A stretch of DNA of 64,000 bases from Malacoraja senta (taxonomy: Eukaryota): NCBI GenBank assembly GCA_038087875.1, contig CM075989.1, positions 22,570,001-22,634,000 on the forward strand, written 5' to 3'. A program made the position numbers and the translations under genes. The notes beneath the pieces were generated by a model. That model saw only the letters and a list, made by a program, of their open reading frames with translations. It did not search any database and had not been told where the DNA came from. Positions 38,194 through 49,917 of the stretch are shown here, in pieces; position 1 is the stretch's first letter; each line of letters starts with the position of its first letter.

Positions 38194-39331
38194 AATAGAC
38201 AATAGACAATAAGTGCAGGAGTAGGCCATTCGGCCCATTCAATGTGATCATGGCCAATCATCCCCAATCAGTACCCCGTTCCTGCCTTCTCCCCATATCT
38301 CCTGACTCCGCTATTTTTAAGAGCTCTATCTAGCTCTCTCTTGAAAGCATCCAGAGAACCTGCCTCCACCGCCCTCTGAGGCAGAGAATTCCACAGACTC
38401 ACCACTCTCTGTGAGAAAAAGTGTTTCCTCGTCTCCGTTCTAAATGGCTTACTCCTTATTCTTAAACTGTGGCCCCTGGTTCTGGACTCCCCCAACATTG
38501 GGAACATGTTTCCTGCCTCTAGAGTGTCCAAGCCCTTAACAATCTTATATGATTCAATGAGATACCCTCTCATCCTTCTAAACTCCAGAGTGTACAAGCC
38601 CAGCTGCTCCATTCTCTCAGCATATGACAGTCCCGCCAACCCGGGAATTAACCTTGTAAACCTACGCTGCACTCCCTCATTAGCAAGAATGTCCTTCCTC
38701 AAATTAGGGGACCAAAACTGTACACAATACTCCAGGTGTGGTCTCACTGGGGCTCTGTTCAACTGCAGAAGGACCTCTTTGCTCCTAAATTCGATTCCTC
38801 TTGTTATAAATGCCAACATGCCATTCGCTTTCTTCACTGTCTGCTGTACCTGCATACTTACTTTCATAGACTGATGTACAAGGACCCCCAGATCCCCTTT
38901 TCCCAACTTGACGCCATTTAGATAGTAATCTGCCTTCCTGTTTTTGCTACCAAAGTGGAAAACCTCACATTTATCCGCATTAAACTTCATCTGCCATGCA
39001 TCTGCCCACTCCCCCAACCTGTTCAAGTCACCCTGCATTCTCATAGCATCCTCCTCACAGTTCACACTGCCACCCAGCTTTGTGTCATCTGTAAATTAAC
39101 TAATGTTACTTTGAATCCCTTCATCCAAATCATTGATGTATATTGTAAATAACTGCGGTCCCAGCACCGAGCCTTGCGGTACCCCACTAGTCACTGCCTG
39201 CCATTCTGAAAGGGACCCGTTAATCCCTACTCTTTGTTTCCTTTCTGCCAACCACTTCTCTATCCATGTCAGCACTCTACCCACAATACCATGTGCCCTA
39301 ATTTTGCCCACTAATCTCCTATGTGGGACCT
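38194..39331 (-). mobile_element. 5'-truncated CR1 LINE with RT remnants and a premature stop
   Basis: [24 protein letters not shown] and 265-aa C-terminal stretch. Confidence 0.93.
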
Positions 39332-39737
39332 TCGAACTAATGTGAACGGGTGATTATTTGAACAATGAATAATGGATATTTATTGTCACATATGCAATTA
39401 AACATTCCAAAGTGAAATTCATAACGCATATAATGCCAGAGCCACCATGTTCGGTGCCATTTCATCAAGTTCAAAGTCCAGGCCTGGCCAAGGATAGCCG
39501 TGATGTCCTAGGCCGCTGGTCCACCGCTGTAGGCCGCGTCCGGCCCAAACACTCGGCCTCTTTGATCGGTTATTACAAAATCTGCTTTCCTCAAGTGCGT
39601 CCGTCCGAATCCTTTAGACTTGTATCATTAGTTTATGCTTCTTCTTATCGAGTCTACACACACACACACAATATTAGAAGTTGTTCAGCCAGAGCTGAAC
39701 ACCCTTGTCAGCATCTGCATACAATGGTGTCTGTCTT

Positions 39738-40195
39738 TATGCGGTCGGTCCGCATTAACCAACTTGACCTCCCGGTGGCTCAGCACTTCAACTCCCCCTC
39801 CCATTCCGTATCTGACCTCTCTGTCCTGGGTCTCCTCCATGGCCACAGCGAGCAACACCGTAAATTGGAGGAAATGCACCTCATATTCCGCTTGGGCAGT
39901 CTACATCCTGGGGGCTTGAACATTGAATTCTCCCAATTCTGCTAGCCCTTGCTGTCCCCTCCCCTTCATCAGCCATCCGGTTGTCTCCTCCACTCCCCCA
40001 GCCCTCGGGCTCCTCCTCTGCCTTTTTCCTTTTTTCCTTTCTTCTCCCCACCCCCTATCAGTCTGAAGAAGGGTTTCGGCCCGAAACGTTGCCTATTTCC
40101 TTCGCTCCATAGATGCTGCTGCACCCGCTGAGTTTCTCCAGCATTTTTGAGTACCTTCGATTTTCCAGCATCTGCAGTTCCTTCTTTAACACCTA
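39738..40195 (+). mobile_element. Penelope-like element 3' fragment with terminal hammerhead unit
   Basis: VAQHFNSPSHSVSDLSVLGL...GLNIEFSQFC*; TSD GTGTCTGTCTT (39727-39737, 40196-40206); hammerhead motif at 40063. Confidence 0.9.
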
Positions 40196-40237
40196 GTGTC
40201 TGTCTTGTCACTTCTTGTGCTTCTTGTGAGTGATGGT

Positions 40238-40289
40238 GGAAAGATTGGTGAAAACCGGGCCGCGACGTGAACGCTCTTTCCTTGACCAC
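40238..40289 (-). ncRNA. Minimal (P4-less) HDV/CPEB3-like ribozyme motif with decayed P1
   Basis: GTGGTC-AA-GGAAAGA-GCG-TTCACGT-CGC-GGCCCG-G-TTTTCA-CCAA-TCTTTCC: P2 7 bp and P3 3 bp perfect, P1 4 of 6 pairs. Confidence 0.78.
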
Positions 40290-40634
40290 AGTTCATGCTG
40301 AAATGAAGCAGCGTTTGTAAGATGTGTGTCCCAACGTTAATTTGCTGCTCGGAATTATTAGGCTGGCACCAGTACTCCGTTTGAATTCCCTATTTGCTGG
40401 GAGACAATTTATTTTCTTCTAAAAGAAGAAAAACTAATTGATTCTTTTTTCCCCTCCACATAATAGGTAATCTGTCACTGCTGAAGTGAAGAAGATTCAA
40501 AATAGAAAGCAAGATAATTAATTCCCAAATGGCAACATGGAGAGTGCTTTTTGACAAAACCCAGAAAATGGCTTTTCTTGTTGGTATAAGTTATGATTTT
40601 CCTGCTCAAGATATTGGCAACGCAGCAAATAATG

Positions 40635-40950
40635 GGTCGTGGCGTGGTGGGGCAGAGGCAGAGCTACTGCCTCACAGCGCCAGAGACCCGAGTTTGATCC
40701 TGACTACGGGTACTGTCTGTACGGAGTTTGCTCGCTCTCCCCGTGACCGCGTGCGTTTTCTCCGGGATCTCCGTTTTCCTCCCACACTCCAAAGACGTGC
40801 AGGTTTGTAGGTTAATTGGCTTGGTATAAATGTAAATTGTCCCTAGTGTGGGCAGGGTATTGGTAGTGTGCAGAGATCGCTGGTTGGCGCGGACTCGGTG
40901 GGTCAAATGGCCTGTTTCTGTGCTGTATCGCTAGACTAGACCAAACTAAG
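40635..40950 (+). mobile_element. V-SINE
   Basis: Family similarity. Confidence 0.85.
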
Positions 40951-41901
40951 AAAGTTCGCTTTGTCCCAGAACACAGAAGGTCCTCAGGGCTTTAGTACAT
41001 AGACATAGAACATAGAAAATAGGTGCAGGAATAGGCCATTCGGCCCTTCGAGCCAGCACCGCCATTCAATATGATCATGGCTGATCATCCAAAATCAGTA
41101 CTCCGTTCCTGCTTTCTCCCCATAACCCTTGATTCCGTTAGCCCAAAGAGTTATAGCTATCTCTTGAATATATCCCGTGAATTGGCCTTGTGGCACTTAT
41201 TTAAAAATTGTGTTGAAAAGTCTGTGATACTGAAAACGTGACATGTCTTTTGAAGAAGTGAATAGGACAATTAATATTTGGGAACATTTTTTTTTATGCC
41301 ATGAAATGTGGAAATACCATGGTGACATCTTTTCAAAATAATAGCAATATTCTGGTTTAGATTTTTGGCATATTCAAACTTTTCTAAATACAATTTTCTT
41401 CTTAAGGTTCCCCGTGCTATTAATAATGAGATTAGATGCTGTTTACCAAGTATTGGAAGTTGTCATGTTTGGAGGGTCTTATAAAGTAAACCATCTGAGT
41501 GCAGGTCTCAATGTCATCTTCCAGAGTTGACATTGGCCATTTGGTCCACGCCAAATTAGGCATATTGGCAGGCTACGAGGCAGTGGTTAGTGACTTGTAT
41601 ACACTGATCTTAATCTAGTCAGAGCATTCAATAGTAAATGCCCAAGAGAGCAACAAGGATTGAGACGACTCCACAAGGCAGAAAGTGCTGGAGTAACTCA
41701 GTGGGTCGTGAACAAAGATCAGAGTTATGAGTTTGAATCCTTTTAAATTACATTGGAAAAAACTGGGATTATAATAAAACTATAATTCAGAGCAGTGACC
41801 AGGAAGCCACTTGTTCAAAAATCAAATTAAACTTTACTCAGGATAACAAATATGTACAAAAGAAGAACTGTTCAAAAGATAGACACAGAATGCTGGAGTA
41901 A

Positions 41902-42140
41902 AGGGCCAGTCCCACTTTCACAACCTAATTCATGACCTTTTTTACTCGTGGACATTTTTCATCATGTTTGAAAAAACGCCCCGACCTACTTGATGCCACG
42001 AGTACCTACGACTAGCATCACGACCTGCCTATGAACTACCTACGACCTCCTACGACCTCGTGATGACCATGCCGCGAGGATGAGTCAAGGGCAAACTCAG
42101 CAGAGGTCGTGAATTAGGTCGTGAAAGTGGGACAGGCCCT
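41902..42140. mobile_element. PIF/Harbinger-type MITE (family A, opposite orientation to 10644-10892)
   Basis: TIRs AGGGCCAGTCCCACTTTCAC / GTGAAAGTGGGACAGGCCCT; TAA TSD at 41899-41901 and 42141-42143. Confidence 0.88.
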
Positions 42141-42229
42141 TAACAGGACAGGCAGCATCTCGGGAGAGAAGGAATGGGTGACGTTTTGGGTTGAGACCCT
42201 TCTTGAGACTCAGTCTTCATATAGACAGT

Positions 42230-42260
42230 CTGAAGAAGGGTCTCGACCCGAAACGTCACC
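42230..42260 (+). ncRNA. Minimal hammerhead ribozyme motif of a Penelope terminal repeat (consensus-like copy)
   Basis: CTGAAGA-A-GGGT-CTCG-ACCC-GAAAC-GTC-ACC: CUGANGA box, stem II, GAAA box, palindromic loopless helix III. Confidence 0.7.
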
Positions 42261-42521
42261 CATTCCTTCTCTCCAGAGATGCTGCCTGACCCGTTGAGTT
42301 ACTCCAGCTCTTTACGTCTATCTTCGGTATAAACCAGCATCTGCAGTTCCTTTCTGCACGTGCATTCTGATATAATTGTAAAATATCGTAAGACTCATAG
42401 CTGAATCCTAAACTCCCAAGAAATAAGAATTAGTTTCAAATCTTCTTCATCACATTTTTTTCTCCGACATGGTGCTCATTATAAAATACTTTTAAACATT
42501 TAGCTTTTGGATGGCTTAAAG

Positions 42522-42747
42522 CAGGGGTTCCCAACCTGGGGTATATTTCCATCCAGGGGGTAAACTTCGCCTACCCAGGGGATACATTTGTTGATTGTGG
42601 ATTTGTACATATTTGTTCTCATTGCCTGACTGTGTTTGGTTCTGGTATCTGGGCATCATTACTTGTTCATAAATAGGTGAAATAACATTGTTATGTGCTA
42701 TTAAAGTTGCCAGGGGTAAACGGGATGAAAAAGGTTGGGAACCCCTG
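42522..42747. mobile_element. hAT-Charlie-type MITE
   Basis: Perfect 16-bp TIR CAGGGGTTCCCAACCT; 8-bp TSD GCTTAAAG / GCATAAAG. Confidence 0.88.
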
Positions 42748-43254
42748 GCATAAAGGAAGCACGTCGATATTTGAAAGTAAGAAGTAAAATAGTTAATTAT
42801 TTCTTTCCTGATTTGGAAATTCCAAAGATTTAGCAAACTTTTGTAGCACTGTGAAATTCCCAAAGCCCCAACCAATGCTCTGGTTTATTTGAGCATTCTG
42901 TTTGATCTGACACTAGCATCTGTTTCCATTTCCTCCCCGCTTTGATAGCTCAAACCCAGTTCCTCTTGCATTTGTGTCTCGGGACGAAAGTCGCATGCTC
43001 CTGGCTTTTCTGCAGGTAATTTGAAACACTCCCAATGAACAAGACACTGACTCGTAGCAAAACCAGAACCGCAAACTGCTCTGTCCGTCCCCCTCGCCCC
43101 CTCGCCCCCTCGCCCCCTCCCCCCGTGTTAAAGCTTCTCCATCCTTCTGAAGAGAGCACTTTCTAAACACTTCCAGTAAACACTTTCTTTGTGAAGAAAA
43201 GAACAAAAATCAAAAACAGATGACGAGTAATATATAGAAAGTGGTCCTGGGCAG

Positions 43255-43450
43255 CCATCTACCTCATCGAAGACCCTCCGACTATCTTTAATTGGACGTT
43301 ACCTTGCACTAAACGTTATTCCCTTTATAATGTATCTGTACACTGTGAAGGGCTCGATTGTAATCATGTATTGTCTTTCCGCTGACTGGTTAGCACGCAA
43401 CAAAAGCTTTTCACTGTACCTTGGGTACACATGGCAATAAACTGAACTAA
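43255..43450 (+). mobile_element. Rex/Babar 3'UTR fragment
   Basis: Same sequence as the 3' end of 55361-55845. Confidence 0.8.
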
Positions 43451-43758
43451 ATATTAACACCTATTAATGTGTTTTTTTTAAATGAAGGGTTTCAGGGCTT
43501 TTTTTAAATAAAATTTGATTTGGACCAATGATTATTGAAATAATAACCAGTCCCATCTATTATTCTCCTTCATTTTGCATTTTCCTTTCCAATGATAATT
43601 ATTTTACCACAATGACTGCACTAACCAACAGACATATATATTTTGTTTCCAATTTCTAATTTCGTTGTACATGTTACATGTTATAATGACAATAAAGTAT
43701 TCATTCATTCATCATTCATTCATACATCAGACAATATATCCTACATCCTAACACTCAA

Positions 43759-44052
43759 TGGTGGCACAGCGGTAGAGTTGCTGCCTTACATCGCCTGCAG
43801 CACCGGAGACCCGGGTTCGATCCCGACTGTGGGTGCTGGCTGTAAGGAGTTTGCACGTTCTCCCCATGGCCTGTGTGGGTTTTCTCAGAGATCTTCAGTT
43901 TCCTCCCACATTCCAAAGACTTACAGGTTTGTAGGTTAATTGGCTCGGTATAAATGTAAAATTGTCCCTAGTGTGTGTAGGGTAGTGTCACTGGTCGGTG
44001 CGGACTCGGTGGGCCGAAGGTGGTGTTTCCGCGCTGTGTCTCCAAACTGAAC
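43759..44052 (+). mobile_element. V-SINE
   Basis: Family similarity. Confidence 0.82.
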
Positions 44053-44411
44053 TCACCGCATATTTGAGGTCGCCCTATCTTGCTCCGGGATCATTGGCAA
44101 GTCATCTTAAATCAGTCTCAACTGAGGAGATCTTCCCGACTGTGGAAGTTAAGTGCTCCCATAATCATGTGTGAAAGCCGTTCCCAATTATCAACACCTC
44201 CAGTAAATCTCGAAGGAGAACAAACTGTGCTTTTCCGGTCACTCCAGAGAATAATTCCGCGGTATTTGTGGAATCTGCGCTGCATCCTCGACGAGGCTTT
44301 GATGTGACTTCTTAGGTGATGTTGCCAGAACGGGACTTTTGTGAGTTCTAATCCATCGATGTGTAAATATTTAGGCATGCTTCTTTCCTCTTGTATATTT
44401 TGTTCATACAA

Positions 44412-44690
44412 CAGACAATAGGTGCAGGAGTAGAGGCCATTCGGCCCTTCGAGCCAGCACCGCCATTCGATGTGATCATGGCTGATCATCCCCAATCAGT
44501 ACCCCGTTCCTGCCTTCTCCCCATATCCCCTGACTCCGCTATTTTTAAGAGCCCTATCTAGCTCTCTCTTGAAAGCATCCAGAGAACCTGCCTCCACCGC
44601 CCTCTGAGGCAGAGAATACCACAGACTCACCACTCTCTGTGAGGAAAAAGTGTTTCCTCATCTCCGTTCTAAATGGCTTACTGTGGCCCA
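44412..44690 (-). mobile_element. CR1 3' fragment
   Basis: Near-identical to 27001-27273. Confidence 0.88.
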
Positions 44691-45326
44691 AGCATCCAAT
44701 ACTGTGGCCCAAGCACCCATACATCCAAGCATCCAATACACTTTCTTAACGATCCGTGTCCTGTCACCTCTAAAGATTTGTATATGTGGAACTCTACCCC
44801 TCACTTTATGCTGCCTCTATTTGTTTGTATTTTTGAGATATATTTCTTGAAACCTCGTGTAGGAAGGAACTGCAGATGCTGGTTTACATTGAAGATAGAC
44901 GCAAAATGTTGGAGTAACTCAGCGGGACAGGCAGCATCTCTGGAGAGAAGGAACGGGTGACGTTTCGGGTCGAGACCCTTCTTCAAACTTCTTCAGAAGG
45001 GTCTCGGTTGAGTCCCACCTGCCAGCATTTGGTCCATATCCCACCAAACATGTCCTATCCATGTACCAAGTACCTTTGTGCACATTTTCTGGCTAAGTTT
45101 CTCTAACTTTTATATTTACTTTACTTGGCAAAATACATTGGGCTCTATTTAATATCAATGCTCTAGCCAGCCAAGCCAGATGCAATTAGATAGAGACAAT
45201 TGCCTCACCTATCTCCTATTCCTCTTTATGTTGGCTATCCTACCCCTATGCTCGTAACCCTGATGTAGGCTCACAACCCAAAACACTAACTATTCCTTTC
45301 CCTCTCCAGATCCTGCCTAACCTGCT

Positions 45327-45560
45327 AAGTTTAGTTTAGTTTAGAGATACAGAGCAGAAACAGGCCCTTCGGCCCACCAACTCCGTGCTGACCAGCCACC
45401 CCTGTACACTAGCACTTATCCTACACACTAGGGACAACTTACCAAAGCCAATTAACCTACAAACCTGCACGTCTTTGGAATGTGGGAGGAAACCGGAGCA
45501 CCCGGAGAAAACCCACACGGTCATGATTGAACCCGGGTCTCTGGCGCTGGAAAGCAGCAC
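45327..45560 (-). mobile_element. V-SINE, internally deleted
   Basis: Family similarity. Confidence 0.8.
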
Positions 45561-45879
45561 CACTACCTCCGTGTTCCTCCAGCAGTTTGTTTTTACCCTA
45601 AAGATGATTAACTAACTCCCTTGCCAACAGTGCATGATGATCTCACTGCTATAAGTGACTTGGACTGATTTAATACGTGTAGCATATTTATTCATATTTT
45701 ATGGAGAAATGATTTTGCCGGATGAAGTTTCTGCTTCTGCCTCAGTTCAAATAGAATCTGTTTTCCCATCAGAGTGCATTTGCTTGTTATACAATAGACC
45801 ACTCATTCTGAGTCACACACCTCATCCCGCCCCAGTTCATCAGCACCACCACACGATGACACATTGATTATAGTTCAAT

Positions 45880-46270
45880 AGGGGACCGTGCCTTTGCTGT
45901 GTCAGCACCCAAATTATGGAACGATCTGCCTCTCCACATTAAACAGGCCTCTTCTCTGTCTGTTTTTAAATCACTTCTTAAAACCCATCTCTCCTCGTGG
46001 CCTTTGATACCCAGTAAGATGTTGACTTTATTTACTTGATTTAATTTCTTTTTTGATTGTTTTATTGCGTGGCTATTATTTTTACTCAAGTTTTATGTCT
46101 TTTAATTTATTGTTGTATTTCATATGTAATTTTTGCGTCTCATGTGAGCTGTTATGTTATGTTGTGTTATGTGGCTGTTTATGATGTCTTATTTATTCTT
46201 CTGTACAGCACTTTGGTCAACATTGGTTGTTTTAAATTGCTTAACAAATAAAGTTGGATTGGATTGGATA
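45880..46270 (+). mobile_element. L2 LINE 3' end
   Basis: GDRAFAVSAPKLWNDLPLHIKQASSLSVFKSLLKTHL; TGTACAGCACTTTGGTCAAC...AATAAA(GGATT)n tail. Confidence 0.82.
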
Positions 46271-47674
46271 TTGTTAATAAATACTCTAATCATTGGCCAT
46301 GGAATTCAATAATGCTCGTACATAATGCTCTGCTGCCATGTAAATCATGTATTCAAATTTTCAGACAGTCCCAGGGGTGAGGGATGACTTGCTTTCATTT
46401 CGATTTGGGGACAGTTTCTTCCCAGCTGTTATCAGGCAACTGAATCATCCTGCCACAGCCAGAGAGCGGTGCTGAACTACTATCTACCTCTTTGGTGACC
46501 CTTGGACTATCCTCCAATTTCAGGTAGTCCTTGCTTTTCTCCCTCTTTCCCCTCCCCTTCCCAGCTCTCCTACAGCCCACTGTCTCCACCTCTTCCTTTC
46601 TTTTCCCACCAGTCTGATGAAGGGTCTCGACACTGATTCCTTCGCTCCATAGATGCTGCCTCACCCGCTGAGTCTCTCCAGCTTTTTGGACTATCCTTGA
46701 TCAGACTTTGCTGACGTTACCTTGCACTAAACGTTATTCCATTATCATGTGTCTGTACACTGTAAATGGATTGATTGTAATCATGTATTGTGTTTCCCGC
46801 TGGCAGGATAGCGCGCCAACAGAAGCTTTTCACTGTACCTCGGTACACGTGACAATAAACTGAACTAAACTGAAACTGAACTGAACTTTGATTCCCTGGG
46901 CCCTGAGATTCCTGAATAAAACTATCAGGATCATGAAGACTCTGCTACAAATGGGTCAAGTGGGTGACAGGTGATGTTAAAGGGGCAGGCGGATAGGTTT
47001 CTTGTTACATCCGTCTATTGGCATTTGACCTTTGCATACTCTCATGGGAGTGCCTCACATTTTTCAGTGTCAGCCCACAACCTCCTTCTGCATTTTGAGG
47101 GTCAGAGACCAAGTATTCTCATGACACGGGCGGCCCAGTGGCGCAGCGGTAGAAGCACCCGGAGAAAACCCACGCGGTCACTGGGAGAACGTGCAAACTG
47201 CGTACTGACAGTACCCGTACTCAGGATCGAACCCGGGTCTCTGGCGCTGTGAGGAAGCAACTCTACCGCTGCGCCACCGTGCCATCTTAAATAAACAATT
47301 AATTGGCAAAATAATTTGCAGAACTGCTTCATCAATTGACTTTTAATTGACTTGGGCCAATTTTAGCAGGTCAAATAAAAATCTGTCTGCTACCATGAAG
47401 CATTAACAATAATCAATTATCAAATGCTGATGCTGGCAGTTTTACAAGATGTTTAGAATGCAGTGTCCAAACTAGGCAAATATTAGGATAGAAACCTCTT
47501 CCAAGACATCAGACGTTTAGTTTAGTTTAGTTTAGTTTATTGTGACGGGTACTGAGATACAGTGAAAAGCTTTTAGTTTTTTAATTTTTAGTTTTTTGAA
47601 ACAGCTCGGAAACAGGCACTGACCAACGATTCCCACACATTAGCGCTATCCTACACACATTAGGGACAGTTTCC

Positions 47675-47957
47675 AGGCATTCGCTCTCTCTCTATCCGTC
47701 CCCTACCCAAGTCGCACCAGCTTCTCGTTTTCACCCAACAAACAGCTAACAATGGCCTGTTTCCTTAATCATCATTGCTTTTTTGCACATCTTTCATTCA
47801 TTGTTCTTTATCTCTCTACATCACCATCTATATCTCTCGTTTCTCTTAACCCTAACCAGTCTGAAGAAGCGTCTCGATCCGAAACGTCACCCATTCATTC
47901 CTTCTCTCCAGAGATGCTGCCTGTCCCGCTGAGTTACTCCAGCTTTTTGTGTCTATC
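47675..47957 (+). mobile_element. Penelope 3'UTR plus terminal unit nested in a V-SINE
   Basis: Homologous to 4785-4915; hammerhead motif at 47861; host SINE continues 47958-48177 (minus). Confidence 0.8.
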
Positions 47958-48371
47958 TTAGGGACAATTTACATTTATACCAAGCCAATTAACCTGCAAA
48001 CCTGTACGTCTTTGGAGTGTGGGAGGAAACCGAAGATCTCGGAGAAAACCCACGCAGGTCACGGGTAGAAGGTACAAACTCCGTACAGACAGCACCCGTA
48101 GTGGGGATCGAACTCGGGTCTCCAGCGCTGCAAGCGCTGTAAGGCAGCAACTCGACCGCTGCGCCACCGTGCTGCCCTTTTATTTGCGTGCTATCCCGTC
48201 AAAGAAAATACTATCCATGAATACTATCAAGTGCATTAATAAAGGACAAAGAGAACATTGAATGCAAGATTCTTGCTATTTATTACCCTGGTCCAGTTCC
48301 ATAGCTTGTACTAATACGTTATGACGATAACTTCACAACATTGTAATAATATCTACCTTGCAGAAGATTAA

Positions 48372-48976
48372 AGGCTCTGTCTTACCTGTTTGCGGTCATC
48401 GGCGGTGAAGCGTGGCGTCGCTGGTAGCGAGGACCGCGCGGCAACGGCGATAGCGTCGAGCCTATCCACCGGAGCGCCGCACGGATGCTGCGCGGGGGCC
48501 GAGTTAATTCAAACACGGCGGGTCCCACGTGCTTGCGGTAAGTAAATAAAAGGGCGGGCCGACTGCGATGACGTCGGCCCGCCGCACGTGACTCACCAGC
48601 GGCGGCTGTGGCGGCGGCCGTCCTGATCGCGGCGCTGTAGCGGTGGCTGTGCCTGCGGCCGTGCAGCACACGTGCCTCACTGGCGGCGGCACGTGCGTCA
48701 CTGGCGGAGGCTGTGGCAGTGGAGGTTTGACGCACGGCGCTCAAGCCATACTGGCGGCAGCCCGTGCGAGCGGCCGTGCCGCACTCGTGCATCACTGGTG
48801 GAGGTTGTGCGGTGAGTATTAAGTTTTGGACATTGTCGATTTTATTTTAGCACCGTGCGGTGTTGGGAACACCGCCGCACGGCCCGGGAATTGTACTTTC
48901 TCACGAGTGCGCGGTCTATGGTGGCAGATTCCTCCCGTTTTGCCGCCATAGACCGCAGACTCGTGAGACAGGCCTT
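48372..48976. mobile_element. CpG-rich non-autonomous Harbinger-type element
   Basis: Ends AGGCTCTGTCTTAC...TGCGGTC and GACCGCAGACTCGTGAGACAGGCCTT; TAA at 48369-48371 and 48977-48979. Confidence 0.72.
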
Positions 48977-48979
48977 TAA

Positions 48980-49646
48980 AGGGCCTGTCCCACGGGCAGG
49001 CGATTCCTTGCGGCAAGCGCGACCTAACAGGAAGCGGGGGCCGCGCGGAGGTCGCGGTGTCGGTCCCACGTAGATCGTCGGAGCCGTATGGAGTTGGTCC
49101 CGACACCGCGCGGGGCTCCGATAAACCGACACTGTTCAAAAATTCCGCGCGGCAACGGCCTGCCGCCCCGCTGCCGCATCGACGCTGCGCGCACCGCCTT
49201 GACGCCGCGTGCACCGTCTCCGTCAACTCTGGAATTGTTGTGAAGGAAGGAACTGCAGATGCCCATTTACACTGAAGATGGACACACCAAAAATGCTGGA
49301 GTAACTAACTCAGTAGATCAGGCAGCTTCTGTGGACAGGTGGTTTTTCGGGTCGAGACACCTTCTTCGGACTGAAGTCTTCTGCAGTCTTCTATGGTCTG
49401 AGGAAGGGTCTCGACCCGAAACATCACCTACCCGTGTTCACCTACATAAAAAACGCTCGAGCTTCCAACGGACTTTGCTCGAACTGGACGTCCGCTCACC
49501 CCCCGCTTCCAGTAAGGTCGCGCTCGCCGCATGGAAGCGCATGCCCGTGGGACAGGCCGTACGGTGATCACTCGGCCTCCGCGCGGCACCCGCTTCCGGC
49601 AAGGTCGCGCTCGCTGCATGGAAGCGCATGCCCGTGGGAAGGCCCT
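48980..49646. mobile_element. Second Harbinger-type element abutting the first, containing a Penelope inverted unit
   Basis: TIR AGGGCCTGTCCCACGGGCA / TGCCCGTGGGAAGGCCCT; TAA flanks; right end duplicated (49501-49558 vs 49589-49646). Confidence 0.75.
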
Positions 49647-49917
49647 TAACTCCATTATATGATCCAAAAAATTAAAACAAGGTTTTAGAACATAGAACAG
49701 TATCGCACAAGATCCACAGTATGACGGCTGAACATGATGCCAAAATAAACCAATCTCATCCACCTGCATATGATCCATATCCTTCCAATCCCTACATATC
49801 CACGTGCCTATCTAAACGCCTCTTAAACACTACTATCGTATTTTATGAGATGCAAATAAAAAATCTGTTGTTTAGATTATATGGTTTCTACAAAAATCAT
49901 ACAACTTATGAATGTTA

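Larger units (their letters stand above)
39640..40289 (-). mobile_element. About 180-bp ribozyme-headed retroposon split by a Penelope insertion
   Basis: TSD AGTTTATGCT / AGTTCATGCT (39630-39639, 40290-40299); tail GACTCGATAAGAAGA(AG). Confidence 0.78.

Noticed and set aside
48382..49266. GC-rich ORFs (137 aa, 135 aa) and a CpG-island promoter reading
   Set aside because: No protein motifs; the region is bounded by TIRs and TAA duplications, so it is better explained as non-autonomous transposons
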